NCBI GenBank assembly: GCA_964458915.1
Contig: CAYWKY010000001.1
Span: 1 to 38,492 of the forward strand
Direction of reading: 5' to 3'
DNA: 38,492 bases
Source: an uncultured Faecalibacterium sp.
GTDB lineage: Bacteria > Bacillota > Clostridia > Oscillospirales > Acutalibacteraceae
Positions 29,501 to 36,740 of this stretch are shown here, piece by piece. The notes under the pieces were generated by a model. The model was not told where the DNA came from, searched no databases, and saw nothing but the letters and a program-made list of their open reading frames with translations. The number at the start of each line of letters is the position of its first letter. Within the stretch, counting starts at the first letter, position 1. The position numbers were made by a program, and so were the translations under genes.

Positions 29501-30059
29501 AATATGAGGGCGGGAATATATCGATTATGCCGCCTCTTATTGAGAACTGTCCGGTACCCTCAACCTGGTCGGCTCTGACATAGCCTGCCGATAAAAGGGT
29601 ACGAATTATATTATGCTGCGATATATCCTCGCCGTTTGCCACAGTTAAAGTACGCTTTTTTAGCTCGTTTTTCGGCAAGGTCAGCTGCATTGCCGCCTCA
29701 ATGGAGCAAAGCACATATTTGCACCGACCGTTTAACATTTTTGTTAAAACACCTAATCGGCGCTGCTCAAACTCTCTGGACTGAGTATCGGAGGGCCTGA
29801 AATTATAGTCTCTTGCAGGGTAAACCACTGCATCTGAGGAAAAGGTGTTAATATCGTCGCACATTTTGCTGGCTGTGCCCTCATCGGGGCAAATTATAAG
29901 GCTCGTTTTGTTAAGCTCTTCGCAAAGCGACGATATATAGTGAGCCTTATGAACAGGCGTTAAGCCAATAACTCCCATAGGTACTCTGCCGCCTTTAACA
30001 GCCGAGAGTATACTCATATATTCGGCACTCTTCATGAGCACAGATGAAAAACCTGACAT
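26583..30059 (-). CDS. mfd: Transcription-repair coupling factor Mfd
   Basis: 1158 aa. It has a UvrB-homology N-terminal region and an RNAP-interaction region (DYIVHAIYGIGVF). The superfamily-2 translocase motifs are GDVGFGKTEVA (Walker A), DEEQRFGV (DExx box), LTLSATPIPRT and QLHQIRGRVGRS, with a TRCF C-terminal domain. An RBS (agaggtg) lies upstream of the ATG at 30059. Confidence 0.95.
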   Translation of the reverse strand: MSGFSSVLMKSAEYMSILSAVKGGRVPMGVIGLTPVHKAHYISSLCEELNKTSLIICPDEGTASKMCDDINTFSSDAVVYPARDYNFRPSDTQSREFEQRRLGVLTKMLNGRCKYVLCSIEAAMQLTLPKNELKKRTLTVANGEDISQHNIIRTLLSAGYVRADQVEGTGQFSIRGGIIDIFPPSYSSPVRLEFWGDTIDSISLFDLDTQRRTDILDEVSITPAMEVLFDSAEDMKAKLESFVLTVKGKGSVKVKASINEDIEKLSRYINVSASDRYLDLAYEQLSTVFDYLDDGLLFVCESALTAQKYTSVHQLLLEDVRTMFEDGVLTKGIDTYSLTWNEITSRYTKHGAIFMDNLTRGSFDIPVKELVSVTAGQLARWDGTLSYLTEDIEPLIKRKYSVVVMAGTEKSAKELSYDLESEGFSSHYFPVVPGEFPKGSVSVLAGTVSSGFEYNSLSFTLFTYGKNSGNTAAKPKKKFKKGKGITSLEEISNGDYIVHAIYGIGVFDGIKTMKVDSAVKDFIKINYRGTDVLYLPVTQLDLISKYISPKDSDKAVKLNRLGSDEWKKTQKRVKAAVKDMAAELTKIYQKRMNTPGYAFSPDIDMQNDFERRFEFEETDDQIEAVNEIKRDMERNAPMDRLLCGDVGFGKTEVALRAAFKCIADGKQCAILVPTTILAFQHYQTIKKRFDGFPVEIEMISRFRTPTQRTKIKKRLKQGSIDIIVGTHSLIAKSVTFKDLGLLIVDEEQRFGVAQKEKLKEKFPLVDVLTLSATPIPRTLNMAMAGIRDMSVLEIPPVGRHPVQTYVLPHNMAVLSEAMERELRRGGQVYYLHNKVDTIEKTAAQIKDLIPDAKIGIGHGKMSEEELSEVWRQLLENEINILVCTTIIETGVDVPNANTLIIEDADRLGLAQLHQIRGRVGRSQRRAFAYFTYNAQKALSEIAQRRLGAIKEFTQFGSGFRIAQRDLEIRGAGNILGSQQHGHMEAVGYDMYLQLLGEAIEEEKTGEEVKEKRECVVDISVDAHIPEDYIDSVKNRIFMYKRIASIQTGEDAMDVMDELIDRFGEPPKAVKGLVDVALLRAYAANLGIYEIKQDKDSIIAYLNELPPERIVEIAGNMAGKGMVKAAGAAPYVVFRLKGRSPVDGIKDMIEVMGRTQENK

Positions 30060-30168
30060 AAAGCTGACACCTCTTTCTTTTTAGCTTATCTTATTATTAT
30101 ATTATAAAACCGATTTAAAATAAAGGGGATAAAAGATTTTTTAACCTAAAAATAAAGTTTTTCTCCTT
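30060..30168. promoter_or_regulatory. AT-rich divergent intergenic region between mfd and the phage-derived module (promoters not resolved)
   Basis: 109 nt, AT-rich, between divergently oriented genes. A weak + strand candidate is ttagct (30081-30086), 16 nt, tataaa (30103-30108). No operator-like palindrome recognised. Confidence 0.35.
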
Positions 30169-30729
30169 TTGTTGCGAAAAAGCGGAAACTTAAGTAGGAC
30201 TACGCCATATTGTTGGGAGGCAAAACCCAAACTGAAAACGAAAGGAGCAATTAACATTAAAGAGTTAACTTCAAAAGAAAGGCTGTTTTGCACTTATTAC
30301 AGCCTGAACAGAAACCCAAGAGAGGCCGCTGTAAAATCCGGATATATGTTCCCGGAAAAATCTGCTTTGCGACTGCTGAAAAGAAAGGAAATAGCTGAAG
30401 AAATCGCTCGAATTGACAAGCAACGAAGGGCCACTGACAATGATGTTGCCTTAGGCTTTGCACGACTCGCCTTCGGCTGTGTCAGCGACGCAATTTCTTT
30501 GGCTTTCAAAGAGGATGTGACCGAAAGTGATATTGAAAAAATGGATCTTTTTAATATCGCTGAAATCAAAAGGAAAAAGGGCGGAGATATTGAAATTAAG
30601 TTTTTCGATCGCCTTAAGGCTTTAGAGAAGCTGACAGGTATAACCGCTGTCACACAGGAAAAGGAAAGCTCTATTTTTTCAGCTATAGAGAAAGGTGCTC
30701 TGGCTCTCGCAGATGAAAAGAGTGAGTAA
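30169..30729 (+). CDS. terS: Terminase small subunit (Terminase_2-like). The true start is probably downstream of the tracked TTG.
   Basis: The motif LTSKERLFCTYYSLNRNPREAAVKSGYMFPEKSALRLLKRKEIAEEI matches the classic terS pattern (LT-x-K-x-x-F-x-x-x-Y ... A-A-x-x-(A/S)-G-Y). It sits immediately upstream of terL. Start candidates are TTG 30169 (no RBS), CTG 30232 (GGGAGG 11 nt upstream) and ATT 30256 (AAAGGAG 8 nt upstream). Confidence 0.8.
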   Translation: MLRKSGNLSRTTPYCWEAKPKLKTKGAINIKELTSKERLFCTYYSLNRNPREAAVKSGYMFPEKSALRLLKRKEIAEEIARIDKQRRATDNDVALGFARLAFGCVSDAISLAFKEDVTESDIEKMDLFNIAEIKRKKGGDIEIKFFDRLKALEKLTGITAVTQEKESSIFSAIEKGALALADEKSE

Positions 30730-31987
30730 GGCACAATATGAGTTTTTCTCTAAAAAGCAACTGATAGCCCTGTCTTGGTGGCATAAGAATTCACCCTACA
30801 GCCACTACGATGCCATTATTTGCGACGGTGCAGTCAGAAGCGGAAAAACCACCTGTATGGCTCTTTCCTTTGTCACATGGGCATTTTATGAGTTTCAAGA
30901 CACTTCCTTTGCACTTTGCGGCAAAACTGTCACAGCTCTTAAAAGGAATATAGTTGTTCCACTTTTAAGCACACTAAGAGAGCTTGGTTTTGATTGTAAA
31001 GAGAAGCTGTCACAAAACCTGATTATTATTTCCTATGGCAAAAGAAGCAACAGATTTTATCTTTTCGGCGGTAAGGACGAAGGCTCTGCCGCACTGATTC
31101 AAGGCATGACCTTGGGCGGTGTTCTTCTTGACGAAGTGGCTTTAATGCCTCGCTCCTTTTGTGAGCAGGCACTTGCAAGATGCTCGTTGCCTCACTCGAA
31201 ATTTTGGTTCAACTGCAACCCGGAAAACCCTATGCACTGGTTTTATGAGCAGTGGATAAAAAAGGCTGAGGAAAAAAACTGTCTTTATCTTCACTTTTTA
31301 ATGGCTGATAATCCTTCCTTGAGCGAAGATATTATAAGACGGTATGAAAGTCTTTACAGCGGCACATTTTATGAACGCTTTGTTTTGGGCAAGTGGGTTG
31401 CAGTTGACGGTCTTGTCTACCCTGAAAACGCAAAGGGCAAATATATTGAAAAGCCTCCCGTCAATTGTTTTGACAAATATTATGTCTCTTGCGATTATGG
31501 CACAGTGAACCCCACATCTATGGGATTGTGGGGTCTTCACGGCGGTGTGTGGTACCGCTTCGACGAATTTTATTTTTCCTCAAAGCTTGAGGGCAGACAG
31601 CTCACAGACGAGGAGTATTATGAAAAGCTTTTAGCTTTCACTGATAATCTGAGCATAGAGGCGGTGATAATAGACCCCTCCGCCGCCTCTTTTATAGAGT
31701 GTATCCGCCGTCACGGTAAATTTAGAACCATTAAAGCGAAAAACGATGTGACAGACGGTATTCGCAAGGTTCAAAGCGCTTTCAGACAAGGGCAAATAAT
31801 AGTTTCACCTGTTTGCAAAGCCGCAATAAAGGAATTTTCTCTTTATCGCTGGGACGAAAGCGCAGGAAAGGATGTGCCGAAAAAGGAAAACGATCACGCA
31901 ATGGACGAAATAAGATATTTCGTTTCAACTATTCTGTCACAGGAAAAACAAGAGGACTTCTTTGTTATTTCCGCACAGAGGTCCTAA
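30695..31987 (+). CDS. terL: Terminase large subunit (PBSX / Terminase_3-like)
   Basis: Walker A is DGAVRSGKTT and Walker B is GGVLLDEVALM. The C-terminal RNase H-like nuclease shows acidic motifs (VSCDYGTVNP, VIIDPSAASF, NDHAMDEIRYF). The gene overlaps the terS stop. The start is GTG 30695 or ATG 30713. Confidence 0.88.
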   Translation: MLWLSQMKRVSKAQYEFFSKKQLIALSWWHKNSPYSHYDAIICDGAVRSGKTTCMALSFVTWAFYEFQDTSFALCGKTVTALKRNIVVPLLSTLRELGFDCKEKLSQNLIIISYGKRSNRFYLFGGKDEGSAALIQGMTLGGVLLDEVALMPRSFCEQALARCSLPHSKFWFNCNPENPMHWFYEQWIKKAEEKNCLYLHFLMADNPSLSEDIIRRYESLYSGTFYERFVLGKWVAVDGLVYPENAKGKYIEKPPVNCFDKYYVSCDYGTVNPTSMGLWGLHGGVWYRFDEFYFSSKLEGRQLTDEEYYEKLLAFTDNLSIEAVIIDPSAASFIECIRRHGKFRTIKAKNDVTDGIRKVQSAFRQGQIIVSPVCKAAIKEFSLYRWDESAGKDVPKKENDHAMDEIRYFVSTILSQEKQEDFFVISAQRS

Positions 31988-32003
31988 GAGAAAGGAGATT
32001 ATT

Positions 32004-33161
32004 TTGGCAATAGGTAAGCATAAAAAACAGCCTATAACTCAATCGGCGCTGGCAGTACCGCAAACAGGCAAAGTGGCTCACCCGTTTTTAAGCCTTGGCT
32101 CATATACACCTGAGAGAGCCTGCGATGCGGCTTTATATCGCTGCCTTCGTGAAGCCATACCCGTTATTGATGCGGCGATAATGAAAACCGTCAGGCTTTT
32201 AGGCTCATTTCAGGTTATTTGTCAGGACAAGCAAGCCGAAGCCCCACTTAATGAGTTTTTGCAAAATGTCAATGTGGGCGGTACCCGACAAGGTGTTGAA
32301 TCTTTTATTTCCACCTATTTTGAGCAGCTTTTAACCTATGGCACTGCCGTTGGCGAAATGGTTATAGGCGCAGGCACTGTCACCCACCTTTATAACAGCG
32401 ACCTGTCCGATGTTTCGCTAAGCTATGGCGACTCCCCCTTAGATGTGCGTGTTTCCTCCCTTAACAGGGACGGAAGCTTTACGCCGGTGAAATATCCTGC
32501 GCTGATTCTTTTAACTGCCCACAACCCTGAGCCGGGCAAGCTTTACGGCACATCTATTTTAAAAGGGTTGCCTTTTGTCAGCGATATTCTTTTGAAGATT
32601 TACAACACTGTGGGAATCAACTGGGAGCGCCTTGGCAATGTCCGCTTCGCTGTAACCTATAAGCCACAAAACGATGCCGTTGACAAGGCATATGCCAAAG
32701 AGCGTGCTATGCAGGTGGCAACGGAGTGGAGCCGTACCATGCAAAGCGGTTCCACTGTCAGAGATTTTGTTGCCGTTGGCGATGTGAACATAAAAACCAT
32801 AGGCGCTGACAATCAGATTCTTGACAGTGATGTCCCCGTCAGACAGCTTCTTGAGCAAATTGTGGCGAAAATGGGTATTCCGCCCTTTTTGTTAGGTCTT
32901 AGCTGGTCAACAACAGAGCGTATGAGCAGTCAGCAGGCTGACATTCTGACTAGTGAAATTGATTTTTATCGCCGTGAGTTGACCCCGGTGATAAGAAAAA
33001 TCTGCCATATGTTTTTGCGGCTTAACGGTTTTGACACAGGCTTCACCGTTGAGTGGGACGATGTAACCTTACAGGATATTTGCGAAATTTCAAAGAGCAA
33101 CTATTACGATGCTCAAGCAAAACAAATTCTTTCACAGTTAGGAGGAAATGAGACTGAATAA
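32004..33161 (+). CDS. Portal protein (about 385 aa, HK97-size class)
   Basis: It sits directly after terL and has portal-typical size. I prefer the TTG start at 32004 (AAAGGAG plus a 6-nt spacer) over the tracked 31962 start, which overlaps the end of terL. The assignment rests mainly on synteny. Confidence 0.7.
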   Translation: MAIGKHKKQPITQSALAVPQTGKVAHPFLSLGSYTPERACDAALYRCLREAIPVIDAAIMKTVRLLGSFQVICQDKQAEAPLNEFLQNVNVGGTRQGVESFISTYFEQLLTYGTAVGEMVIGAGTVTHLYNSDLSDVSLSYGDSPLDVRVSSLNRDGSFTPVKYPALILLTAHNPEPGKLYGTSILKGLPFVSDILLKIYNTVGINWERLGNVRFAVTYKPQNDAVDKAYAKERAMQVATEWSRTMQSGSTVRDFVAVGDVNIKTIGADNQILDSDVPVRQLLEQIVAKMGIPPFLLGLSWSTTERMSSQQADILTSEIDFYRRELTPVIRKICHMFLRLNGFDTGFTVEWDDVTLQDICEISKSNYYDAQAKQILSQLGGNETE

Positions 33162-34101
33162 CAATCAATTATCCTTAGAAAAAGAGCTGGAAATGATAAA
33201 TAATTACACTCGAAGACCTTTAGAAGAAAAGGACGTATATATTTTCACCCTTACTCTTTGCGACAATGAGGTTGACAGAGACTTCGAGTGCTTCACCAAG
33301 GAATCCCTTCTCGCTTTAAAGCAGTTATTTGTGGGCAAGACGGGAATTTCCGACCACAGTATGCGCTCAAAGGATCAAAGTGCAAGAATATTCCGCTGCT
33401 ATATTGAGCAGGACGACAACAAGCTCACCTCATATGGCGAGAAATATATGGCTGTTAAAGCGAGAGCTTATATGCTAAGAACCGACAGCAACGCCGAGCT
33501 TATAGCCGCCATTGACGGCGGAATCAAAAAAGAGGTCAGTGTCAGCTGTAGTGCCTCGGACAGTATTTGCAGCATTTGTTCAAAGAGTATGCGCTCCAAC
33601 GAATGTTCTCACATTAAAGGCAGGGTCTATAAGGGCAAGACCTGCTACGCAAGGCTGGAGAACATAACAGATGCCTATGAGTGGTCCTTTGTCGCCGTAC
33701 CCGCCCAGCGACAGGCAGGGGTCAGCAAGGCTTTTGAAATAAAAAAGAAAAGCAATCTTCAATCAAAGGATATTATTAAGTCCATATCCGGCGGCGCTAT
33801 TTTAACTTCGCAGGACGCAAAGGAAATAGCCGATTATATTATCAAGCTGGAAAAGGCTGCCGAGGAGGGCGAAAATTACAAAAAGCAGCTCATTTGCGAC
33901 ATAACACGCTATTCTTTAATAATTATGCCCGGTGTCAGCTCAAAGCAATTCGCTCAGGGCTGTGTCAACATGAACACGGCAGACCTTGAAAAGCTTAAAG
34001 ACGATATGGAAAAGCAGGCGAACACTATTGTACCCCTTTCCATTCAGCTAAAGCCCTGCCAAGAGAAAAAAAGAGAAATTAACACTGATTTTATAATTTA
34101 A
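33148..34101 (+). CDS. Putative prohead protease fused to a scaffold-like C-terminal region
   Basis: It lies between the portal and capsid genes. The N-terminal half resembles the HK97-type (S78) pattern: GISDH ... AELIAAIDGGIKKEVSVSCS, giving candidate His and Ser about 60 aa apart. The C-terminal third is charged and coiled-coil-like (KLEKAAEEGENYKKQL, LEKLKDDMEKQANT). The start overlaps the portal stop. Confidence 0.55.
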   Translation: MRLNNNQLSLEKELEMINNYTRRPLEEKDVYIFTLTLCDNEVDRDFECFTKESLLALKQLFVGKTGISDHSMRSKDQSARIFRCYIEQDDNKLTSYGEKYMAVKARAYMLRTDSNAELIAAIDGGIKKEVSVSCSASDSICSICSKSMRSNECSHIKGRVYKGKTCYARLENITDAYEWSFVAVPAQRQAGVSKAFEIKKKSNLQSKDIIKSISGGAILTSQDAKEIADYIIKLEKAAEEGENYKKQLICDITRYSLIIMPGVSSKQFAQGCVNMNTADLEKLKDDMEKQANTIVPLSIQLKPCQEKKREINTDFII

Positions 34102-34115
34102 GGAGGATTTTTATT

Positions 34116-34457
34116 ATGTACCCCAAACTTAACGGCTTTAACACAAAAGAGGTTACTCTTTACACAGATTCAAAAATCAAAGTCGGCTCTACAGTGATGC
34201 TTGAAGCAAATTGCAAAGCTGTTTTACCGGCTTCAGATGCAAAATTCTGCGGCGTTTGCACAGATGCAAGAGGCAACTATATTACCGTCGCTCTTTCAGG
34301 CTTCGTTCAGTTGCCATATACCGGCACCGCACCCACAGTAGGCTATAACAATCTCGCTTGCGACGGAAACGGCAACGCTAAAGTTAGCGAAAAGGGCAGA
34401 GAAATTCTCGTTGCCGAGGTTGACACCACAAACAAAACAATATCAATTATTCTCTAA
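34116..34457 (+). CDS. Small head protein (decoration / gpD-position, DUF2190-like?)
   Basis: 113 aa with a strong RBS (AAGGAGG plus 9 nt). It lies between the scaffold and major capsid genes, as gpD does in lambda-type layouts. The call is based on position only. Confidence 0.35.
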   Translation: MYPKLNGFNTKEVTLYTDSKIKVGSTVMLEANCKAVLPASDAKFCGVCTDARGNYITVALSGFVQLPYTGTAPTVGYNNLACDGNGNAKVSEKGREILVAEVDTTNKTISIIL

Positions 34458-34478
34458 TAAAACGGGAGGTAAAATAAC

Positions 34479-35480
34479 ATGACATTCGACAACATTAAAC
34501 TTGAAAAAGGACTTTACGGCACGGGCAAATCCTTCACTCAGGCTCTTGAAAGCATTGACCCAAGCGAAAATTATATTGGCACTGCTTTAGAGGGTCTTGA
34601 CGCATATCAGCGTCAGCTTAAGCGTTTCGACATTAAGGTCAGCGGCAGAAACAGCGACACAATCGAAAAGTTTTTTAAGACCTCAGACTCAGCGGCTCTT
34701 TTCCCGGAATATGTTTCAAGAGCTGTCGCTCAAGGCATTGAGCAAACTGATTTAGTGTCTAAAATAATTGCCACAACCACAACTATTGAGGGCATGGATT
34801 ATCGTACCATAGCTTCAATCCCCGGCGATGAGCATATGCCTAAGGTGGTTAATGAGGGCGCAGTTATCCCCGAAACAAAAATAACCACTCAGGAAAACCT
34901 TGTTAAGCTTCACAAGCGAGGCAGAATTTTATCCGCTTCCTATGAGGCTATTCGCTTCCAGCGCCTTGACCTTTTCACTGTCACTCTCAAGCAAATCGGT
35001 GCTGCCATTGCAAGAGCTCAGTTAGGCGACGCTATTTCAGTTCTCAAAAACGGTGACGGCAACGGCAATGCCGCCGAGAAAATTTCACTTTCCGGCTCAT
35101 CAATGAGCTATAACGACCTTGTGGACTTCTGGAACAAGTTTTCTCCATATAACCTTTCAACTATTATCGCTTCGCCTGATATGCTTTCACAAATTCTTAA
35201 AATGAGCGAATTTAGAGACGCTTATACAGGTCTCGACTTTCACGCAAGCGGAAAGCTTGTCACTCCCTTTGGTGCAGAGCTTTATAAAAGCAGTGAGCTT
35301 AACAGCAAGGAGCTTCTCGGTCTTGACAAGAGCTGCGCTTTGGAAAAGGTTGTTTCCGACTCTGTTATTACAGAATACGACAAGCTTATTGACCGCCAGC
35401 TTGAAAGAGCATCTATTACAGCTATTGCAGGCTTTGCTAAAATTTACGGCGACGCATCTAAGCTTCTCGCCGTCGCCTAA
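34479..35480 (+). CDS. Major capsid protein, HK97 fold (no delta domain)
   Basis: 333 aa with an RBS (GGGAGG plus 9 nt). The central pattern VVNEGAVIPETKIT..NLVKLHKRGRILSASYEAIRFQRLDLFTVTLKQIGAAIARAQLGDAISVLKNGDG resembles the Phage_capsid family signature. The synteny also fits. Confidence 0.75.
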   Translation: MTFDNIKLEKGLYGTGKSFTQALESIDPSENYIGTALEGLDAYQRQLKRFDIKVSGRNSDTIEKFFKTSDSAALFPEYVSRAVAQGIEQTDLVSKIIATTTTIEGMDYRTIASIPGDEHMPKVVNEGAVIPETKITTQENLVKLHKRGRILSASYEAIRFQRLDLFTVTLKQIGAAIARAQLGDAISVLKNGDGNGNAAEKISLSGSSMSYNDLVDFWNKFSPYNLSTIIASPDMLSQILKMSEFRDAYTGLDFHASGKLVTPFGAELYKSSELNSKELLGLDKSCALEKVVSDSVITEYDKLIDRQLERASITAIAGFAKIYGDASKLLAVA

Positions 35481-35492
35481 GGGTGATAAGCT

Positions 35493-35855
35493 ATGATAAC
35501 TGTCAGCGATGTTTATTCGGCTCTTTGCGCCTATGAAACATCAAAGGAACACACCGGTGAGGAGCTGTTTCCCTGCTGTGAAAGGGGTCTTGCCTGGGTC
35601 AAGGCAAGACTCAAGGAGGGTACAGACGAAAACGACCCGCTTATAACACAAACGGCGGCTGCCATTGCTGATTTCTATTTTTTTATAAGACGATTCAGCG
35701 ACACAGACAGCTACGAAAGCTATAAAGCCGGCGATATGACTGTTAAAAGAAACCCGGAAAAGGAAATGAGACTTGCAATTGAAAAGCGTGCCCTTGCAAT
35801 AGCGGAGGCAAGCTCAATTTTAAAAGACGGAGGCTTTTACTGCTGTGGCAAATAA
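35493..35855 (+). CDS. Putative head-tail connector (gp6-like position)
   Basis: 120 aa, first gene after the capsid gene, helical and acidic, typical adaptor size. Position-based call. Confidence 0.4.
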   Translation: MITVSDVYSALCAYETSKEHTGEELFPCCERGLAWVKARLKEGTDENDPLITQTAAAIADFYFFIRRFSDTDSYESYKAGDMTVKRNPEKEMRLAIEKRALAIAEASSILKDGGFYCCGK

Positions 35856-36186
35856 AGTGTTAAAAAACAAGCTTTTTGACAAATACGGGCTTAAAATGTC
35901 CTATATATCTGCCACAGACAGGGAAAGCTACGATTTCTTCGCCTTTTTGCAGCCTTTAAGGTATAAAAACAAGCTATATCTCAGCGGAGTACCAACAGAG
36001 CTGGGATATGACGGACTTAATAAATATCTTCTTATTTGTGACCCGTCTATTGATTTAAAGAGTATAGACGGGATAAATTATCGCCTTGGTTTTAACGGCA
36101 GCTATTTTGGGGTTGACCACCATGAGATAGTTTATAAAATGTGCCGACCGCTTTATATGTGGGCCATAGTTCATAGGGAGGGCTAA
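35845..36186 (+). CDS. Hypothetical neck/head-closure-size protein
   Basis: 113 aa with a GTG start that overlaps the preceding stop (GGAGG 11 nt upstream). No motif recognised. Confidence 0.4.
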   Translation: MANKVLKNKLFDKYGLKMSYISATDRESYDFFAFLQPLRYKNKLYLSGVPTELGYDGLNKYLLICDPSIDLKSIDGINYRLGFNGSYFGVDHHEIVYKMCRPLYMWAIVHREG

Positions 36187-36187
36187 G

Positions 36188-36580
36188 ATGATTTTTTCAA
36201 CAAATCTAATAACAAGCCTAATTGAATATATTAACCAGGACGATAAGCTCTCGCTTTTGGGTAAGGCAATAAGAGCCTATGACACTGAGGGCTTGCCCGT
36301 ACCGATAAGAGAGACCTATTTATCCTTTTCCTGCAAAGAAAACTCCGTCATTTTCTCGGACACAGGCGAAACTAATGAAATTACCGTCAAGCTCAACTGC
36401 TTTTCACCTTTGAGTAAAGCTGCCTATGGCGCACATAGTATAGCGGAAAAGGTGACCGCCGGGCTTTGTAAAGGCTTTGGCACAAGCATAACAGCCTTTA
36501 GCGTTGGCGACACAGAGTATGACGACGATATTAAAAGCTACAAAATAACAGCCATAATAAAATTCAAGTATGTTTCGTGA
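36188..36580 (+). CDS. Hypothetical neck / tail-completion-like protein (last gene of the module)
   Basis: 130 aa with an RBS (AGGGAGG plus 5 nt). The start is 1 nt after the previous stop. Its size and N-terminal pattern (L..L..Y...D..L..L.G.IRAYD....P.P) are reminiscent of DUF3168/gp10-type neck proteins. Weak call. Confidence 0.4.
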   Translation: MIFSTNLITSLIEYINQDDKLSLLGKAIRAYDTEGLPVPIRETYLSFSCKENSVIFSDTGETNEITVKLNCFSPLSKAAYGAHSIAEKVTAGLCKGFGTSITAFSVGDTEYDDDIKSYKITAIIKFKYVS

Positions 36581-36607
36581 GCAGATAAAATAGAATAAAC
36601 CAATTAA

Positions 36608-36645
36608 GGGAGCATTTGGCATTAATTTGTCGGGTGCTCCCTTTT
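36608..36645 (+). terminator. Possible terminator ending the phage-derived module
   Basis: The stem gggagca (36608-36614) pairs with tgctccc (36635-36641) and can be extended to 9 bp. It is followed by tttt. The 20-nt loop is large, so this is a weak call. Confidence 0.4.
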
Positions 36646-36667
36646 GTCATTTGCCAAAAGCTAAAAG

Positions 36668-36696
36668 TTGATTTTTTTGCTCTAATATAGTATAAT
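36668..36696 (+). promoter_or_regulatory. Near-consensus sigma-A promoter for obg
   Basis: TTGATT (36668-36673), a 17-nt spacer, then TATAAT (36691-36696). It lies 45 nt upstream of the obg ATG. The RBS AAGGAGG is at 36726-36732. Confidence 0.6.
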
Positions 36697-36740
36697 GAAC
36701 CGATTAGGTAAAACTATGTATAAAAAAGGAGGCAGACACA

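Larger units (their letters stand above)
30169..36580 (+). mobile_element. Phage-derived packaging/head/neck gene module (head-only; no tail, lysis, integrase, replication or regulator genes)
   Basis: Nine co-oriented, tightly packed or overlapping ORFs in canonical order: terS-terL-portal-protease/scaffold-small protein-major capsid-3 small neck-size proteins. The module is bounded by mfd on the left and by a terminator plus the obg promoter on the right. Confidence 0.8.

Noticed and set aside
26583-30059. A functional link between Mfd (rescue of stalled RNA polymerase) and the adjacent 25-kb transcription unit
   Set aside because: The idea is tempting, but mfd is a universal housekeeping gene, the two genes are on opposite strands and separated by another gene, and nothing in the sequence supports co-regulation.
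30297-30734. 145-aa - strand ORF antisense to terS, and other antisense ORFs in the phage module and obg (for example 36806..37249 -, 32559..32858 -)
   Set aside because: The sense-strand genes carry clear family motifs. The antisense products are P/S/R-rich mirror translations; for example, the Gly-rich Obg N-terminus reads as PPLPPSPP on the opposite strand.
35257-35496. 79-aa + strand ORF overlapping the 3' end of the capsid gene
   Set aside because: It is an alternative frame of the well-supported capsid gene, with no RBS and an L/S/T-rich low-complexity translation.
30060-36740. A complete prophage or integrative element with integrase and att sites
   Set aside because: No integrase, recombinase, repressor, replication, tail or lysis ORF exists between mfd and obg, and there is no tRNA target. 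Only a short imperfect flanking repeat was found, reported separately at low confidence.
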